Shown here piece after piece: positions 39,851 to 54,183 of a stretch of DNA of 64,000 bases. A model generated the notes under the pieces. That model was given only the letters and a program-made list of their open reading frames with translations. It ran no database searches and was not told where the DNA came from. The DNA is taken from contig JNEM01011211.1 of NCBI GenBank assembly GCA_000697335.1, positions 1 to 64,000 on the forward strand, read 5' to 3'. Both the position numbers and the translations under genes were made by a program. Within the stretch, counting starts at the first letter, position 1; every line of letters starts with the position of its first letter. Source of the stretch: Conidiobolus incongruus B7586 (Eukaryota).

Positions 39851-42088
39851 CTAATAGCCAATAGCTATATCATCACCTTTGCTATCTGATCCTCCGCTCA
39901 ATACTCTGACGCCTGTATTTTTACCTTTATGAGATCTAATAATCTGACCTCTACCAGTGATCATTCTCAGATAATCCGTTGTAACTTCAACTTTGTGGCT
40001 CAATTTGATCAATTCTTAAACAACTTCATCATCGATACTATCTTCAATCAATACTAAGGCATCTTTTGGAAGAATACAGAATCTTGACTTATCCAACGCG
40101 GTTTGAGGGGTGAAATTAAAGTGTTCTATACCTAGAACCACTTGTAAGTTACCTTGAGATTGCGTGAATCCTCCAATGATACCGAAACTCATGTATAGCT
40201 CATTATTCTTGAGGGCCATTGTCGGAATAATAGTATGATATGGTCTCTTTCCAGGAGCATAGCAGTTGGTAGCTTGGGGATCAAGGAAGAAATTACATCC
40301 CCGATTCTGGAGAGTAAAACTGCATTCTTTAGGAATGATACCAATTCCAAATCCCATATAATTTGACATAATGAATGAACATGCATTATCTTCAGCATCG
40401 ACGGTTGTCAAATATACTGTATTACTAAAACTAATTGGTGCAGCAATTTCAGTGTTGACATTAGCTTTGTTGGGATCGAACTATTCAGCACGTTTCCTCA
40501 AAAAATCTCTATTAATTAAGTCATTAGTTTTTAGTTTTGCGAAATCGGGATCTGTAAAATGGGATCTGGAACCTGCAAAAGCAATTCTTGTACATTCAAT
40601 CAACGTAAGCAAATATTCAACTCTATTATGTTCCATATGCTCTAAGCGGTTAATTTTACCAGATTTTTGAAGCTCTTCAGCCATTCCCAGTGCCAAAAGT
40701 GTAACAATTCCTTGACCATTCAGAGGAGATTTATAGATTTCGACACCTTCATAATTAATACTGATAGGTTCGCAGAACTCGGATTTATGACTGGTTAAAT
40801 CCTCTAAACTTACCTTACCGCCTCTTTGGCCGATTGCTTGAACTATGGCTTCTGCGATGCGTCCTTGGTAAAAATCATCATGTCCTTTTTCCCTACCTCG
40901 CGATTAGTTCTAAAACATTAGTGTATTATGTTCAAAATTACCCTTGCAATCATGCTAATACTAAATTTGCCTTGTTAAATGGAGCATCCTCAGTATTTCA
41001 CCTTCTTTTGAAGCTTTTCCATTTAAGAGCCTATCTTCAGCATTAGAGGAAGCTTTATTGAGTAGAGAGACAGCTCTTTTCCACTGTAATTATATATAAT
41101 TTTTCAATTTTTCAAATTTTAAATGGTATTGTTTTACATTTACCTGCATTGCTGCCAGAGATTCAACAGGATAACTATCATATATTATTGGTATTTTAAA
41201 ATAAATCCAACAATAAGTTTACCCATTGTCAGCCAAATCAACAGCACGACCAAAAATTTCACTAAGCCAATTTACCAGATCCAAAATTTTGAACAGTATC
41301 AATCTTTGCAGCTGCAGCACCTGGAACAGTAACTGAGTGGGAAGAGTCAACTGGGATTGATTCACTATTAGCCGGAATTGAGCTCATAAGTTCTTCGTAG
41401 CTGAGATTCTTAAGAGATCTAATATTGAGTTTTAATTAGTATTTAAAAGCCCCAATGATTATATGATTCAAATGTAATAGGTATCTCATAACCAATGACC
41501 AGTAATATGAAATGCAGTCACTCACTTTCCAGATCCATTAAGAGCATATACTTTCTTTTCTTTTGCTGAATAAAAGAGATAAAAAATATCTCCACCAATT
41601 CCAATACTACAAGGTTCAAAAATCATATGTCAATATTTCTAAAATCATTAACGAATAGATATCACTGCCCGTTATATTCAAACAAGCAACTGTAAATGAT
41701 TTAAAAAATTGATACTAAATCAGCTCTCATTTTAAGAATTTGAATTTGATTATGGATCCCTATAGCAATTGCTGCATCCTAATAAAAATATTTAGTATGA
41801 GTTTTTATATTATGTCCAATATCAGCTTACTGCAGCATTTCTTCCCCTTTTCAAGATATCAATACTAGCTTGAGCTGCTAAATGTTAGCTAGGCACTAAT
41901 AAGCTCAATGTTTCTGAATACTATAATAATATTTACCTAGTAGCAACTGTTCCATGAGTCGATTACACGGTGGATCGTCTCTAATTAAGTTCGAGTAAAG
42001 CTTTCTTTTTAACTGAATCAATTACTAGTAAAGTTTCGTTGTGTTTACTGTCAAAGATTATGATTTTTAATATTTTAGTTGATATCAT
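39851..42088 (-). pseudogene. Gamma-glutamyltranspeptidase-family (Ntn hydrolase) pseudogene, intron-containing
   Basis: RRSTV*STHGTVAT, SIGIGGD, VTVPGAA, SPLNGQG, NTVYLTTVD...SFIMSNYMGFG, LQNRG, PGKRPYHTIIP, terminal GGSDSKGDDIAIGY*. In-frame stops (e.g. ~40481, ~40016, ~41965) and indels; 5' end approximate. Confidence 0.85.
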
Positions 42089-42419
42089 CAATTCTTTTGA
42101 TGTAGTTGTGTATTTATATATTTGTTTATTCTTGAGATTGAGTCTTTGATCATATGACTTATTATAAGATAATTGATAACTCTTTTGTAATTAATATTAT
42201 TCAGCATATTTAGCCTAATTTAAACCAATATTGAGTTTATACTCGAGTAGTGATAAAATTACAGATCCAAGAAAAGACTAACAATGTATTACGAATATCA
42301 GTTTAATTAAAGATGATCTATTTCTCTACAATCTAGTAATAAAATGCTATATGAATCATTATATTAAATAGTATGAAGTTTATTTAATTCTCATTATTAA
42401 ATGATCTGGGTAATAATAT

Positions 42420-43411
42420 TTAATTAGGTATAGTACCATCTTTCAAGGCTTCAAAATGCTTAATCGTATTCTCTAACCCGAGCCAATAGCCTTCATCGTC
42501 TGGGTTACCCTCATGAAAGGTAGTGTGAGCAAAGTCTATTAACTTAAGGGCAATAGGTGAATATTTTAAAAGGTCTTCTTCTTCATCCTCTTCCTCGTCA
42601 TCCTCTTCCTCAGCATCATTGCCACTTTCTTCTTGCTCTTCGTTCTCAATATTTTCAGCTAGAACCTCTTCCCCATTCAAAAGCTTTTCCAATCGAATCA
42701 AATCGCCCTCATACACAAACAAAATAGAGCTACCATACATTCTTATTGGAATAGACTTAATAATAGGTTCTAGTTTCTTTAATTCAATCAAAAATAAATC
42801 AATCAGCTTTTGGCGAAGTGGTGTAGGAATTGAAAATGGAAGATAATTGATAAAAGCTTCTTGTAAAGCTGCAATGGTTAATGATAAACCGTAATTTCTG
42901 TCGTATTCTATATATTCTTCTTTGACGTGATCATATACCTTTGAAATTAAAATCAATGTCAATAGTATATTTATATAAAATATCCTATTACCTTCATTCC
43001 TGTTACACGAATACCTGTGCTATGACTCGTAGTAGCGTGAGCTTTGGCAATCATTCTAAGTTTTTTCTCTTCGGTAACGTTATTTTCATCATAGAGACGA
43101 GTGCCCATCTTCAAATCCAAAATACTAGGCTTATTGAAATAGGCAGACACATTTTGAATACAGATCATAATATCCTTCTTTTGGTCGTCATTTGAAGAAA
43201 AGATACCATCACCTTGAAAGCCTAATTTTTCACCCTCTCCCTCTGTAGTAGCTGTCAAAGTACCATAGAATTTGGGGATGAAGGGTAATAAGCTGGGAAA
43301 TTGGGGGATTTTATTGTAGAAGTCTTGTTCAAAATTGTTGGTGGGTTTAATAATTAAACTGTTGTCTTCGGATGTGGTGATGCCTTGGTGTCCCCCTACT
43401 TGATTTTTCAT
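42420..43411 (-). CDS. Inositol polyphosphate multikinase (IPK family, Arg82/Ipk2-like), 2 exons
   Basis: QVGGH, PSILDLKMG (PxxxDxKxG), SSILFVYEG, acidic tract, LIDFAH. Intron 42939-42991. Confidence 0.92.
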
Positions 43412-43654
43412 GATTATTGAAATTGATTAATTGTTGATTGTTTTAAATTAATGGATATGATGAGGTCAAATCCAATTTAATATCTATTTTATCAATATGG
43501 GATTTAATTTTGGAAAATTAATATAAATAATTTAATATTTTTCTTAATAATATATGATCAAAATATAAATATTTTCATTTGGCTGTTAATTATATTAGAT
43601 TATAAAATTAACAAAATAAATTCAAGAATGAAATAGGCTTTTATTTTATTTAAA

Positions 43655-44346
43655 TTATAACTTGGCTCTGCCTTCATCCAACTTTGATAGAATATTATTA
43701 ATAAACAAAATAGCTTTTTTTCTCACATCCCTAACCCCAGCAAAATTTTTGGAATTATCGATCAAGTCTAACTTCAGTATCGTTTGTAATAATACCTCAC
43801 TCAATTTCAAGTATTGAGCATTCAACTTTTTTAACTCTTGCTGTTGATTGGAAGGTGAATAGTTAGACTGCAGATATTGGTTAACTTGAACAGGGAATTG
43901 ATCTATCTCCGATTGTATTTGATTGAGCGTATCGTCAACCGTTGATTTAACCCTTAATACGAGATCTTTTTCTTCATCTTCTAATTGGCTATTATCTTTA
44001 AGATCTCTCTATTAAATGCTATTAGTAACATGATCAATAGCCATCAATTGTGTGAATTACCGTAGTATTTCCAACAAAAATCAATTCACTATTCTCTTTA
44101 ATATGATATTGATTTAAATAGGCATTTTTATCAATCATTGGAACTAAAACAAATCCATTAATACTAACTAGAAATATAATTTTAGATGAAATTACCTCCA
44201 AAATGAGCCAATTTAACATTATCAATAGGGATACCAGTCAGTTCACTCACTCTTTTGTGTAAATCAATTAACTTCAATTGATCAATTTCAGATTGTTTTA
44301 AATTTAAATATTTATAAGTCTTATTGAAATCTAATTTAATGGGCAT
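43655..44346 (-). CDS. BAG-family Hsp70 co-chaperone (ubiquitin-like + BAG domain), 3 exons
   Basis: UBL: LHKRVSELTGIPIDNVKL...LNQYHIKENSELIFVG. BAG: LSEVLLQTILKLDLID...VRDVRKKAILFINNILSKLD. Confidence 0.82.
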
Positions 44347-45452
44347 CTTTTTGTTTTATATATTATTTAAAAGTTAATTGAAATTGTGTGGGTTTAGACT
44401 GCTTTAAGATATTTTAAATTAGTTGCAAATGGCAGATTATTATGGGAATGTAATCAATTAAGGTTACTTGAGTTAGTTGACTGATAGTGTAATTACTTTA
44501 TTAAAGTTAAATGGATACAAAAGTTATATTTAACCAAATTGATATATTGATTAGTATGAGATGATGAATTGTTAAAACATATTTTATGATTTATTAATTA
44601 CTGAGCCATAATGATATCTTGAATTAAATTTTTCATTTTTTGATTCAATGTTCCTTGGATAAAATGATTTAATAATTGGAATTTCATCAAATAAATGAAA
44701 TTATTAGGACCGTTAAACGTGAAAAAAACAATGATTACACATATCAAAAATATATATAAAATTAGCAGTTAGAAATATTAAACACTCACTAATACAAATC
44801 TACCACATTTTACATAGATGATGAATTACATAATATTATTAAAATTGGGAAAGAATTCAAAACTTTATTCATTTTGACATGTATTAATGTGATAAGAATA
44901 TTTTTTCCTTTGTGAATTAATTATTGAGAATATATCTCATAAATCATGAATAACTCTAAACATATATTAGAAGAACACAATTCTAACTGGAATTACTTGG
45001 AGTTGATTATTTATAAATTTTAAAAGATCATTAAAACGAACTTAGATTCACCTCTTTTTGTTTCTAGATCCAATCTTTAGTATTTGATATGTTTATAATA
45101 TAATATTCAAGTGTAGAAACTGAATAAAAATTATAGTGAAATATAAATTTATACTAATCTATAATATTATAAACGATTTAATAATATAAATATTGTTCAT
45201 TGAAAATAATATATTTCCAAGAAAATAATAAATAAAATTTCCATATAAAGGAAAAGGTAGAGCCGTAAAATTAAGTGGATGATGTGACGATAAAATGGAC
45301 TTAACCCATAGTAAATCAAATTAAAATCGTCACTTAATATAAAATATAATCCAATTGATTTTATCTCATTTATTGTAATTAAAAGAGTGAATATTCATTC
45401 AACTTTTGTTTAATATTCCTTACATCAAAAAATCAATTAATATAATCCAAAA

Positions 45453-47356
45453 ATGTCGGATCCTAGATTGACTGCTGCTGAAGCTGCTAGAATTCATCAT
45501 GCTGCTATTACTAGAGATTACGTTGTCCAACCCAGAATTGGTACTATATTTATCCAATTTCTTCTATACAACATTATTAATTCTATTTAAATTTTAAGAC
45601 TATCGCACGGTTGCTGGTGTCAATGGACCTTTAGTTATTTTAGATAATATTAAGGTACTTAATATTTTCTATATTCCTTCTGTATTCATTCAGAATTTTA
45701 CTCTATTCAATAATCAACAGTCTTACACAATTTTATTAATCTTTCATCAATTCATACTAGTTCCCTAAATTCTCAGAAATTGTCAGCTTAACCCTTCCAG
45801 ATGGTTCTAAGCGCTCTGGTCAGGTTTTAGAAGTTCAAGGGAAGAAGGCTATTGTCCAAGTAAATATCAAAATGAATAAAATAATTCTTCATTTTAATCA
45901 ATACTAAATTAATTTTGATAGGTTTTCGAAGGTACCTCTGGTATTGATTCCAAATCGACTCGCGTTGAGTTTAGTGGTGAAACTTTACGCATGCCAGTCT
46001 CCGAAGATATGGTTGGACGTATCTTCAACGGCTCTGGTAAAGCCATCGATAAGGGACCTAAGGTATTTGCTGAAGATTACTTGGATATTGAAGGTGCTCC
46101 CATCAATCCTTACTCTCGTATTTACCCTGAGGAAATGATTCAAACTGGTATCTCTGCTATCGATACCATGAACTCTATTGCTAGAGGTCAAAAGATTCCA
46201 ATCTTTTCAGCTAACGGTTTACCTCACAATGAAGTAATTTTTTTCAATATTTCTATTATATAAAATTATCTAATTAATATAGATCGCTGCTCAAATCTGC
46301 CGTCAAGCTGGTTTGGTCAAGAAACCCACTAAAGATGTTCATGATGGTCACGAAGACAACTTTGCAATTGTTTTCGCTGCTATGGGTGTAATTATTATTA
46401 TTATTTCGATTTTTTATTCATTTTGAATATTAAATTACTATTTTTAGGTTAACATGGAAACTGCTCGTTTCTTCAAGCAAGAATTCGAAGAGAACGGTTC
46501 TATTGAACGTGTCACTCTCTTCCTTAACTTGGCCAATGATCCTACCATTGAACGTATTATTACTCCTCGTTTGGCCTTGACCACCGCTGAATACTATGCT
46601 TATCAACTTGAAAAGCACGTCTTAGTCATCCTAACTGATATGAGTTCTTATGCTGATGCCTTACGTGAAGTCTCAGCTGCTCGTGAAGAAGTTCCCGGTC
46701 GTCGTGGTTATCCCGGTTATATGTACACTGATTTGGCTACAATTTATGAACGTGCTGGTCGTGTTGAAGGTCGTAACGGCAGTATCACTCAAATCCCTAT
46801 TCTTACTATGCCTAATGATGATATCACCCATCCTATTCCTGATCTTACTGGTTATATTACTGAAGGTCAAATTTACGTCGATCGTCAATTATACAATCGT
46901 CAAATTTATCCTCCTATCAACGTCCTTCCATCTCTCTCTCGTTTAATGAAGAGTGCTATTGGTGAAGGTATGACTCGTCGTGATCATGGTGATGTCTCCA
47001 ATCAGCTTTATGCCAAGTATGCCATCGGCCGTGATGCTGCTGCCATGAAGGCTGTCGTTGGTGAAGAAGCCCTTTCTTCTGAAGACAAATTATCTTTAGA
47101 ATTCTTAGAAAAATTCGAACGCACCTTCATTTCTCAAGGAGCTTACGAAAATCGTACCATTTACGAATCTCTCGACTTGGCCTGGTCCTTACTCCGTATC
47201 TTCCCCAAGGAATTACTTAACCGTATTCCTCAAACCACCCTCAATGAATTCTACCAAAGAGATCGCAAGAACAGACCCCAAGTATCACGCAAGGGTGTTA
47301 GAGATACTGTTATCGACCCTCAAGAATCTGTTGAAGGTACTCTCATTGAAGCTTAA
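45453..47356 (+). CDS. VMA2: V-type H+-ATPase V1 subunit B, 6 exons
   Basis: [75 protein letters not shown]. Five GT-AG introns. Confidence 0.98.
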
Positions 47357-48007
47357 ATGCTTTGCTTTTAATTTTAAATCATCTTATTCCTACTGGATTA
47401 ATATATACTTCAATTTTACTAATTAGTATCAATTCCTTTTTTATACCCTTATTTTTCCATTTTAATTTACCTGATCAATATGAATATGTTTAATTCTCTT
47501 TAAAACTTCATTCAATAGATTTTATCATCTGCTTAATATTCAATCAAATTATGCAAAATGCTAATTTTAATGTCTTATTACAATATATAATATGATAAAT
47601 ACTGAAGTTTATAGTGTCATACTCATATTAAAAAAACTATTAACCAAAAAAATGTTGATTGAATTCACATAATTTTGAGTATTTCATTGACTGATCTGAA
47701 TAATTTATCAGTGTAACTTATCCAAAATGATTAATTTATTATTGATTAGATTAATCCTACTGATATGTGGAAATGGCTTTATAGGTAATAATATCAAATT
47801 TTGACTTTTGGATTTTAAATTTCAATAAAAACTATTATAATCCTGAGTTTTGTTAATATAAAATTATCAAAATAATAGTCCAAAAAATGAAATTAATATC
47901 TCATATTGTAATATAATTCACAAATGATGAGTTGATTGGTTTGGCAAAAGTAGATTTGGAAAATTAATTTATTATTACAAAGACAACAATGTGATCATGC
48001 AACCGAC

Positions 48008-49426
48008 TTACTCAAACTTCAATTCACCAGGAGGGTAGAAAGGTCCAGCTTGACGGATGACGACACCGGCGAGCCAGTGACCAGCAGCGACAGCACGGTC
48101 GATGCTAGAGCCACGAATGTATTCACTAAGGAAACCACCGACGAAGGCATCACCAGCACCGTTGGTGTCACAAATTTCTTCTTCAGAGATGGGAAGGATG
48201 GGGTATTCAGTGATCTTACCATTTTCGACAACAATGGTGGGTTCAGTACCTTGGGTGAAGACAACTAAACGAGGACGAGATTGGTTGACCTTAGGAAGAG
48301 CAGCGATTTTAAGGGCAATTTCTTTAACATCCTGAGTACCCAAATCGTGGGATTCAGAGTAGGCACGGGCTTCAATCTCGTTACCGAAGATGATGTCCCA
48401 GTAGGGAGCAACGGCATCCATTTGCTCCTTGAAGAATTGGGGAAGGAAAGGAGCAGACAAATTCATACAGAAGACCTTGTTGTTTTCAGCGGCGTGCTTG
48501 GCGACACGTTGAATGGAGGGGGGAGAGACGGTTAAGAAGAAACCGGCAATGTAGTAGAGACGGGCCTTTTCAACACGGCTCCAGATTTGAGGCTTGTCGA
48601 GGTGAGATTCCTTGAAGTTATTAGCAGCAGATAACTTAGCAATCAAGGAACTAAAATTGAAAATTAATTTAAATTCATTAATGCAAAGGTTATATACTTA
48701 CCGGTTGTGACCATTGATACAGGTACCACAAGTACCAGTGGGGGCGGTTTCGTCAATGTAGTATTCAACAGTTAAGCCGTCAGCTTGAGCAGCTTGGGTG
48801 AGCTTAGCACCAAATTCATCGTTGGAGATGGAACCAGTGAAGAAGGTAGAGTTGGGGGGTAACAAACGCTATTTAGGCAATTGAGCAAATTTAAACCTTG
48901 TTAATTTTTATAAATACTTACTTGAGCACCGCGTAAAGCATTTTGAGTGGCACCACCTGCAATATAGTAATTTCCAGGAATGGTAAGTAATTCAGGGAAT
49001 CTATAGAGAAAAAAATTTTGATAAGTGAGGATATTCGGAGTGGATATGTGTGCGAAAGTGTGTAAAAACACATTGGCAATAGAAAAGGTTGAAAAAGCTA
49101 AAATATAGATAACCCAAGCTACATTGATATTAATCAAGGTATTGTATTTTACTCTACCAGTGATTATTGATAAAGTTATCTTTTCTAAAAGCCTAGTATA
49201 AAATTTGATCATTAGAAAAAATTGACTTACAAAGGGTCGTGCTTTTCTTCAGCTAAAATTTGGTCATTGGCCTTCAAACCGTATCTAAAACACAAGGTCA
49301 GTATCTGTATATCTTTGAAAAAGGGGTGAGTATTCACTTGTCCAAGAAAGCTTGGTCAACAGTGGCACAGATATCGAGTAAGGGGTTACCCATACCGTAA
49401 ATAGCACCTTCAAATTCGTGAGACAT
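48008..49426 (-). CDS. ADO1: Adenosine kinase (PfkB family), 5 exons
   Basis: GMGNPLLDI, AGGATQN, PTGTCG, MNLSAPF, FGNEIEA, DTNGAGDAFVGGF. Confidence 0.96.
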
Positions 49427-51405
49427 ATTTATTATTTTTAATTATTGATTCAATTTTAACAATCAAGAAAAGCGAGGATATTTCAGTGATTAAACCCGAT
49501 ATATATAGTGTTAGTTTGTTCTGTCAAGGTGGATTGCATCACATCCAAATTGTCAAGTAGTTGTTGGCCATTTCCCATATTACCTTATATGGGAAGTTTT
49601 TGGTTGATGTAAGTTAGACTTTGGCCCATTCTTCCATATGATTGGATAATACAGATTCTTTTTTAAAAATATTGCATTATTGACGATTTGAAGAAAAAAA
49701 TTGAATAAACTATCAATATTAATGTAGTTTATTAATAAATTATACTTTTAAATATAATAGATAAGTGAACAAATTATTCATAAAAAATTATACAGAAAAA
49801 TTTCAAAAATTTTATGAGTGTATATCTTATAATTTTTTTGATATATAAATAATTTCATGAATTATATTATTCTTGTTTGATGAAAAGATTAATATGATCT
49901 ATTCGAAACAATAAGCCTCATTTCAATTTGTTCATTAATTTTTTTTGTATATTGAAATATTTGATAATTTTTTGAATCTGTATTCAATGATTATTAAATA
50001 AGAAATAATTAGAGTTAACAATCAGGTATCTCATTTTGATTTTCAAATTGTTATAATAATAAGAATCAAAATAACTAATCAGAACATACAATTCATTGTG
50101 GATTAAAATTAATAATTAGAATGCTGTCCATAATTAATATTCAAATCGATATAAAAAATATAATGCAATATATGTTATTTTAAATATATTATAATTAAAT
50201 TCCTTTTTTAATAAATATTTAAATATTTTAACAAATGACAAAAATTTAAAATATTCTAAATTATTCATCTCATAATTCAATATGATGGATATATACAAGC
50301 AGCCACGATTAGAAAAATCATCTTGAATAAATATTTTATAGGAATTTAATTTAGTTGTAATATATCTGTATATTTTGAGAAATATTGCAAAATATTTAAA
50401 TATTTAGCATAAATCAATAGCTCAAATGTCTAATTCTTTAAATTTTGGATTTTGAATATAATTAAAATTAATATGATTAAAATTTATTTTTGCATTAAAT
50501 ATTCCAGGAAATCACTATTTTGAATTTTAATTTTTCAATTATTAAAATTTTATTGATACAATAATATTGAAATTTCATTGAAATAAAAACATAGTATATT
50601 TTCAATTATGAGTATCAATTTTTGTTAATCATTTTATAATATTTTTCAAATTCAAAATTAACTTAAAAATACATTTACAAAATTGGTTTAAAATCTAAGT
50701 CATAAATAGATATACTTTTATAATTAATATCAATTTATAATATTTATATGATATTGATTTATATAGTAATTTACCATATTCAATATATATATATATATAT
50801 ATATATATTCAGCAATTTCCAATATTCATTTCAATAAAACCATTATTAATTTGTAAAATTTCTATTATGTAAGTGGTCAATTATAAGGATAAGACATCAG
50901 GTATATTTCAAAATCACTAAAGATGAATTTTGAATAAGGTCATTCAGGCTTTGATTAGATTAATTTTGAATTGATTTTGAGAGATTGAGTGTGATAAACT
51001 TAAATATAACTATTATTTAATCAACTGTTGGTGAGTTAGTATATTATAAATATGTTTCATCTCTAGAAGATTTTATGTAGATACATATATATATATATAT
51101 ATATAACTAATATTTGAATCAGGTATTCATTTGAATATTTAATAAATATAAATAATATTTATAATTTTGATTAAGAATAAATGTATTTATAAACTCTTCA
51201 CTCGATTCAATAGTTCATTGTATATTTTAATAGTTAAAATTATTTAAATCTAAATTAAAACAAATATGAATTTTATATAAAATCATGAAAATTTATTGAA
51301 TATGATTTCTATATAACTGAGTTGGGACTTCTATTATCCCATAACTAATTTAACTTAATGATTTGTTTAAATTTATATAAACTTTAATTTATTGAAACTT
51401 CAACA

Positions 51406-51804
51406 ATGCGACCATCAAAAGAGCATTTAAGACACATTTTATTATATGAATTCAACAAAAAAACGAGTGTAAACGATGTATACCAAAACATTATTAACAC
51501 ATATGGCCAAGGTGCAATCACGAGGGGAACTTGTCAAAAATGGTTCGCCAAATTTCAGAGTGGGGAAACAGATACTTCAGAAAAGCAAAGGGGAGGTCGT
51601 AAAGTCAAGTTTGACGTGAATCGCCTCATGGAAATACTACAAAAGGACAATACACTCTCAGTTACAGAAATTCAGCAGCAGATGAATGCTCCTCAGAATA
51701 CAATTCGTAGACATCTTTTTAGAATGGATATGATTAATAAGAATGGTCAATGGGTAAAGAAACCTTCCAGATCTAGTAGTAAGCAAAAACAGCAGCAACA
51801 ATAA
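51406..51804 (+). CDS. Stand-alone mariner (Mos1-type) tandem HTH DNA-binding domain protein, no DDD catalytic domain
   Basis: HLRHILLYEF...INTYG...TCQKWFAKFQSG...GGRK...L...TIRRHLFRM...GQWV, followed by a poly-Q tail. Confidence 0.8.
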   Translation: MRPSKEHLRHILLYEFNKKTSVNDVYQNIINTYGQGAITRGTCQKWFAKFQSGETDTSEKQRGGRKVKFDVNRLMEILQKDNTLSVTEIQQQMNAPQNTIRRHLFRMDMINKNGQWVKKPSRSSSKQKQQQQ

Positions 51805-54183
51805 CAACAGCAGCAGCCTTTATTTAATTCATTTGTTTAATAATGATTTTAAAAAATGTTTAACTTCCACTTTATTCAATATAAAATGATTAATATAATT
51901 CTAATATTAGGATATTTCAAAGTGTTTATCTGATTTTTTATTATTATCAATTAATTCAAAATATATTAATTATAACAATATTATAAAATAATTATTATCA
52001 ATCAATTATTCAGATATTAACTTATTCAGTAATGAATGATTATCATATGAATTATTACACACTCAAATTTGCTAATAATCATGATATATTATATTTAGCT
52101 TAATACCAACGATTGATTAAATTAAGTGCATATATCATTAATTGATTATTTATGTATGAATAAATATCAAAAAATCATTCAACAAGTGTTTCTAAGGTCA
52201 ATGGATTTGAAATGATAATATTGCAAATAAAGAAAATAATGATAATTCTTGGAGAATAATGATTAAGTATCTGGAATTAAAATTAAAAATTACATAAACC
52301 CTAGTTTAGCAGTTAAATCTTAAAAAATGGATCTTGATCATATTTTGATCAATCAGTTATAAAATGATTGGGATTGGGTGATTAATGATAAAGAATTATT
52401 TAATAATAAAAATGTATCATATAAAAATTATTTATAATAAAATGAAAGTAATATTACTTGATAATTAAATTTTCAGAATAATATCAAAAATAATCAAAGA
52501 AAATAATATTTATTATAATTTACAAATTAATTTTTTTATAAAAGTTTTATTTGATATGAATATTTAATGATATTTCAAAAACATTTATATATTTGCAAAA
52601 TAAATATAAAAATCAATTCTATCATAAAATTTGTGATAAAATAATAAGAGAAAATCAACAAATAATTATATAATAATATTACTTTGTAATTTAAATAATG
52701 GGAATTTTTAATCAAAAAAATTAATATTTTAATATTACCTTAAATTTGAAAAATTAGAAATTAAAAAAGTTCCCATTTTTTCAAATCTAAGGTAATATCA
52801 ATAATATTATGATATTTTTATATTATCATTGTATCTTTATTAATAATGAAAAAAAATAAAAACAATTCATAGTAAAGAAATATATTTTATTCTTAAAATA
52901 ATTGGCACTTTGTTTAAATACATTTATAATTGAAAATGCTAAACATATAAATATACTATGTGATTTAGAATAATCTATTTATATAAAAAATAATATTGTT
53001 TTCATTATTTATAGTTATTGATGAATTTGATTTATATTGAATTACACAATTAAAATTTCAATTTTAATTCATCCTTTCATTGTTTGTTGATATCATTATA
53101 TATCCATTTATTGTGGAAATTTGGTAATATATAGTTAAATTATTATATTTAGAAAATAATATTAATATTAATATTATTTTCTAATCATATTTAAATTTAA
53201 TTAAGAAATATATTAATTATATGTTTAGTTTGAGAAATTTCTAATTGATATTTATTCATAGAATTATGAGTTAAGTTTACAAATCACATATATATTAATT
53301 TGAAAATGAGGCTAATAGAGTTCAAAAGAGTTGATATATTTGGTTAAAATAAAAATTATAACTGATAAAAGTGTAGGAGTGTGCTGTCTCATGGAGTAAA
53401 TTCATCATTGTTCAAATATTCAACCTTAAAAAATTAAACTTCAATTAAAATGTTATTTAGTTCAAAATTTATTATAATATGAAAATCATTTCAAAATTAA
53501 AATAAATAAATAGCAAATCATATTATCAAATAATTAAGTTAACACTTAAACATATAAACAAGATCTTAATTGTCGTAGCTTGTGTTCAAATTTTTTAATA
53601 TAAATTTTTGGTGTTATGCTTTATTAAAACAAAACTCGCAGACATCAATTTAATAAAACACTAATATGATATACTAATAAATTTATTGATATTCTTTATA
53701 TTCTGATTACAAAATAATTTATGAATATCAAATTAAAATTAGTTATAAAATATTCATAATTTTCTTATATTCTTCTCCTGTGAGCCAACTCAAAGATTAT
53801 TTATTTCTAATTCAAAATTGAGAAAAGTAGTACATATAGAAATCAATTGATTTCTGAAAATATATCAACTATAACTAAGAATAGTATACCAAGGTAGGCA
53901 AAATACAAATAAATTTTGGTAAAGTGATTTGTTTAATTCGGTTGTGATTAAATGTAATAATTTGAAGTCTCTAAATAATTACATCTAATTTGAAATATTA
54001 AATAAATTAAGAGATTTTTGAATGCAGAGAATAGATAAAGATTTGATTCTGAATTCAAATATGATCCCATAATTTATTCTCAATTAAAAATTATTTTTAT
54101 TTCAAAAACCAATATAAGAAAAATTAACACTAAAATAAATTTAATAATATAAAATTATTTAATTAGTGAAATAAAATAATAAA

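Noticed and set aside
48901..49212. 103-aa ORF in the track
   Set aside because: Composed of ADO1 intron 2, exon 3 and the start of intron 3
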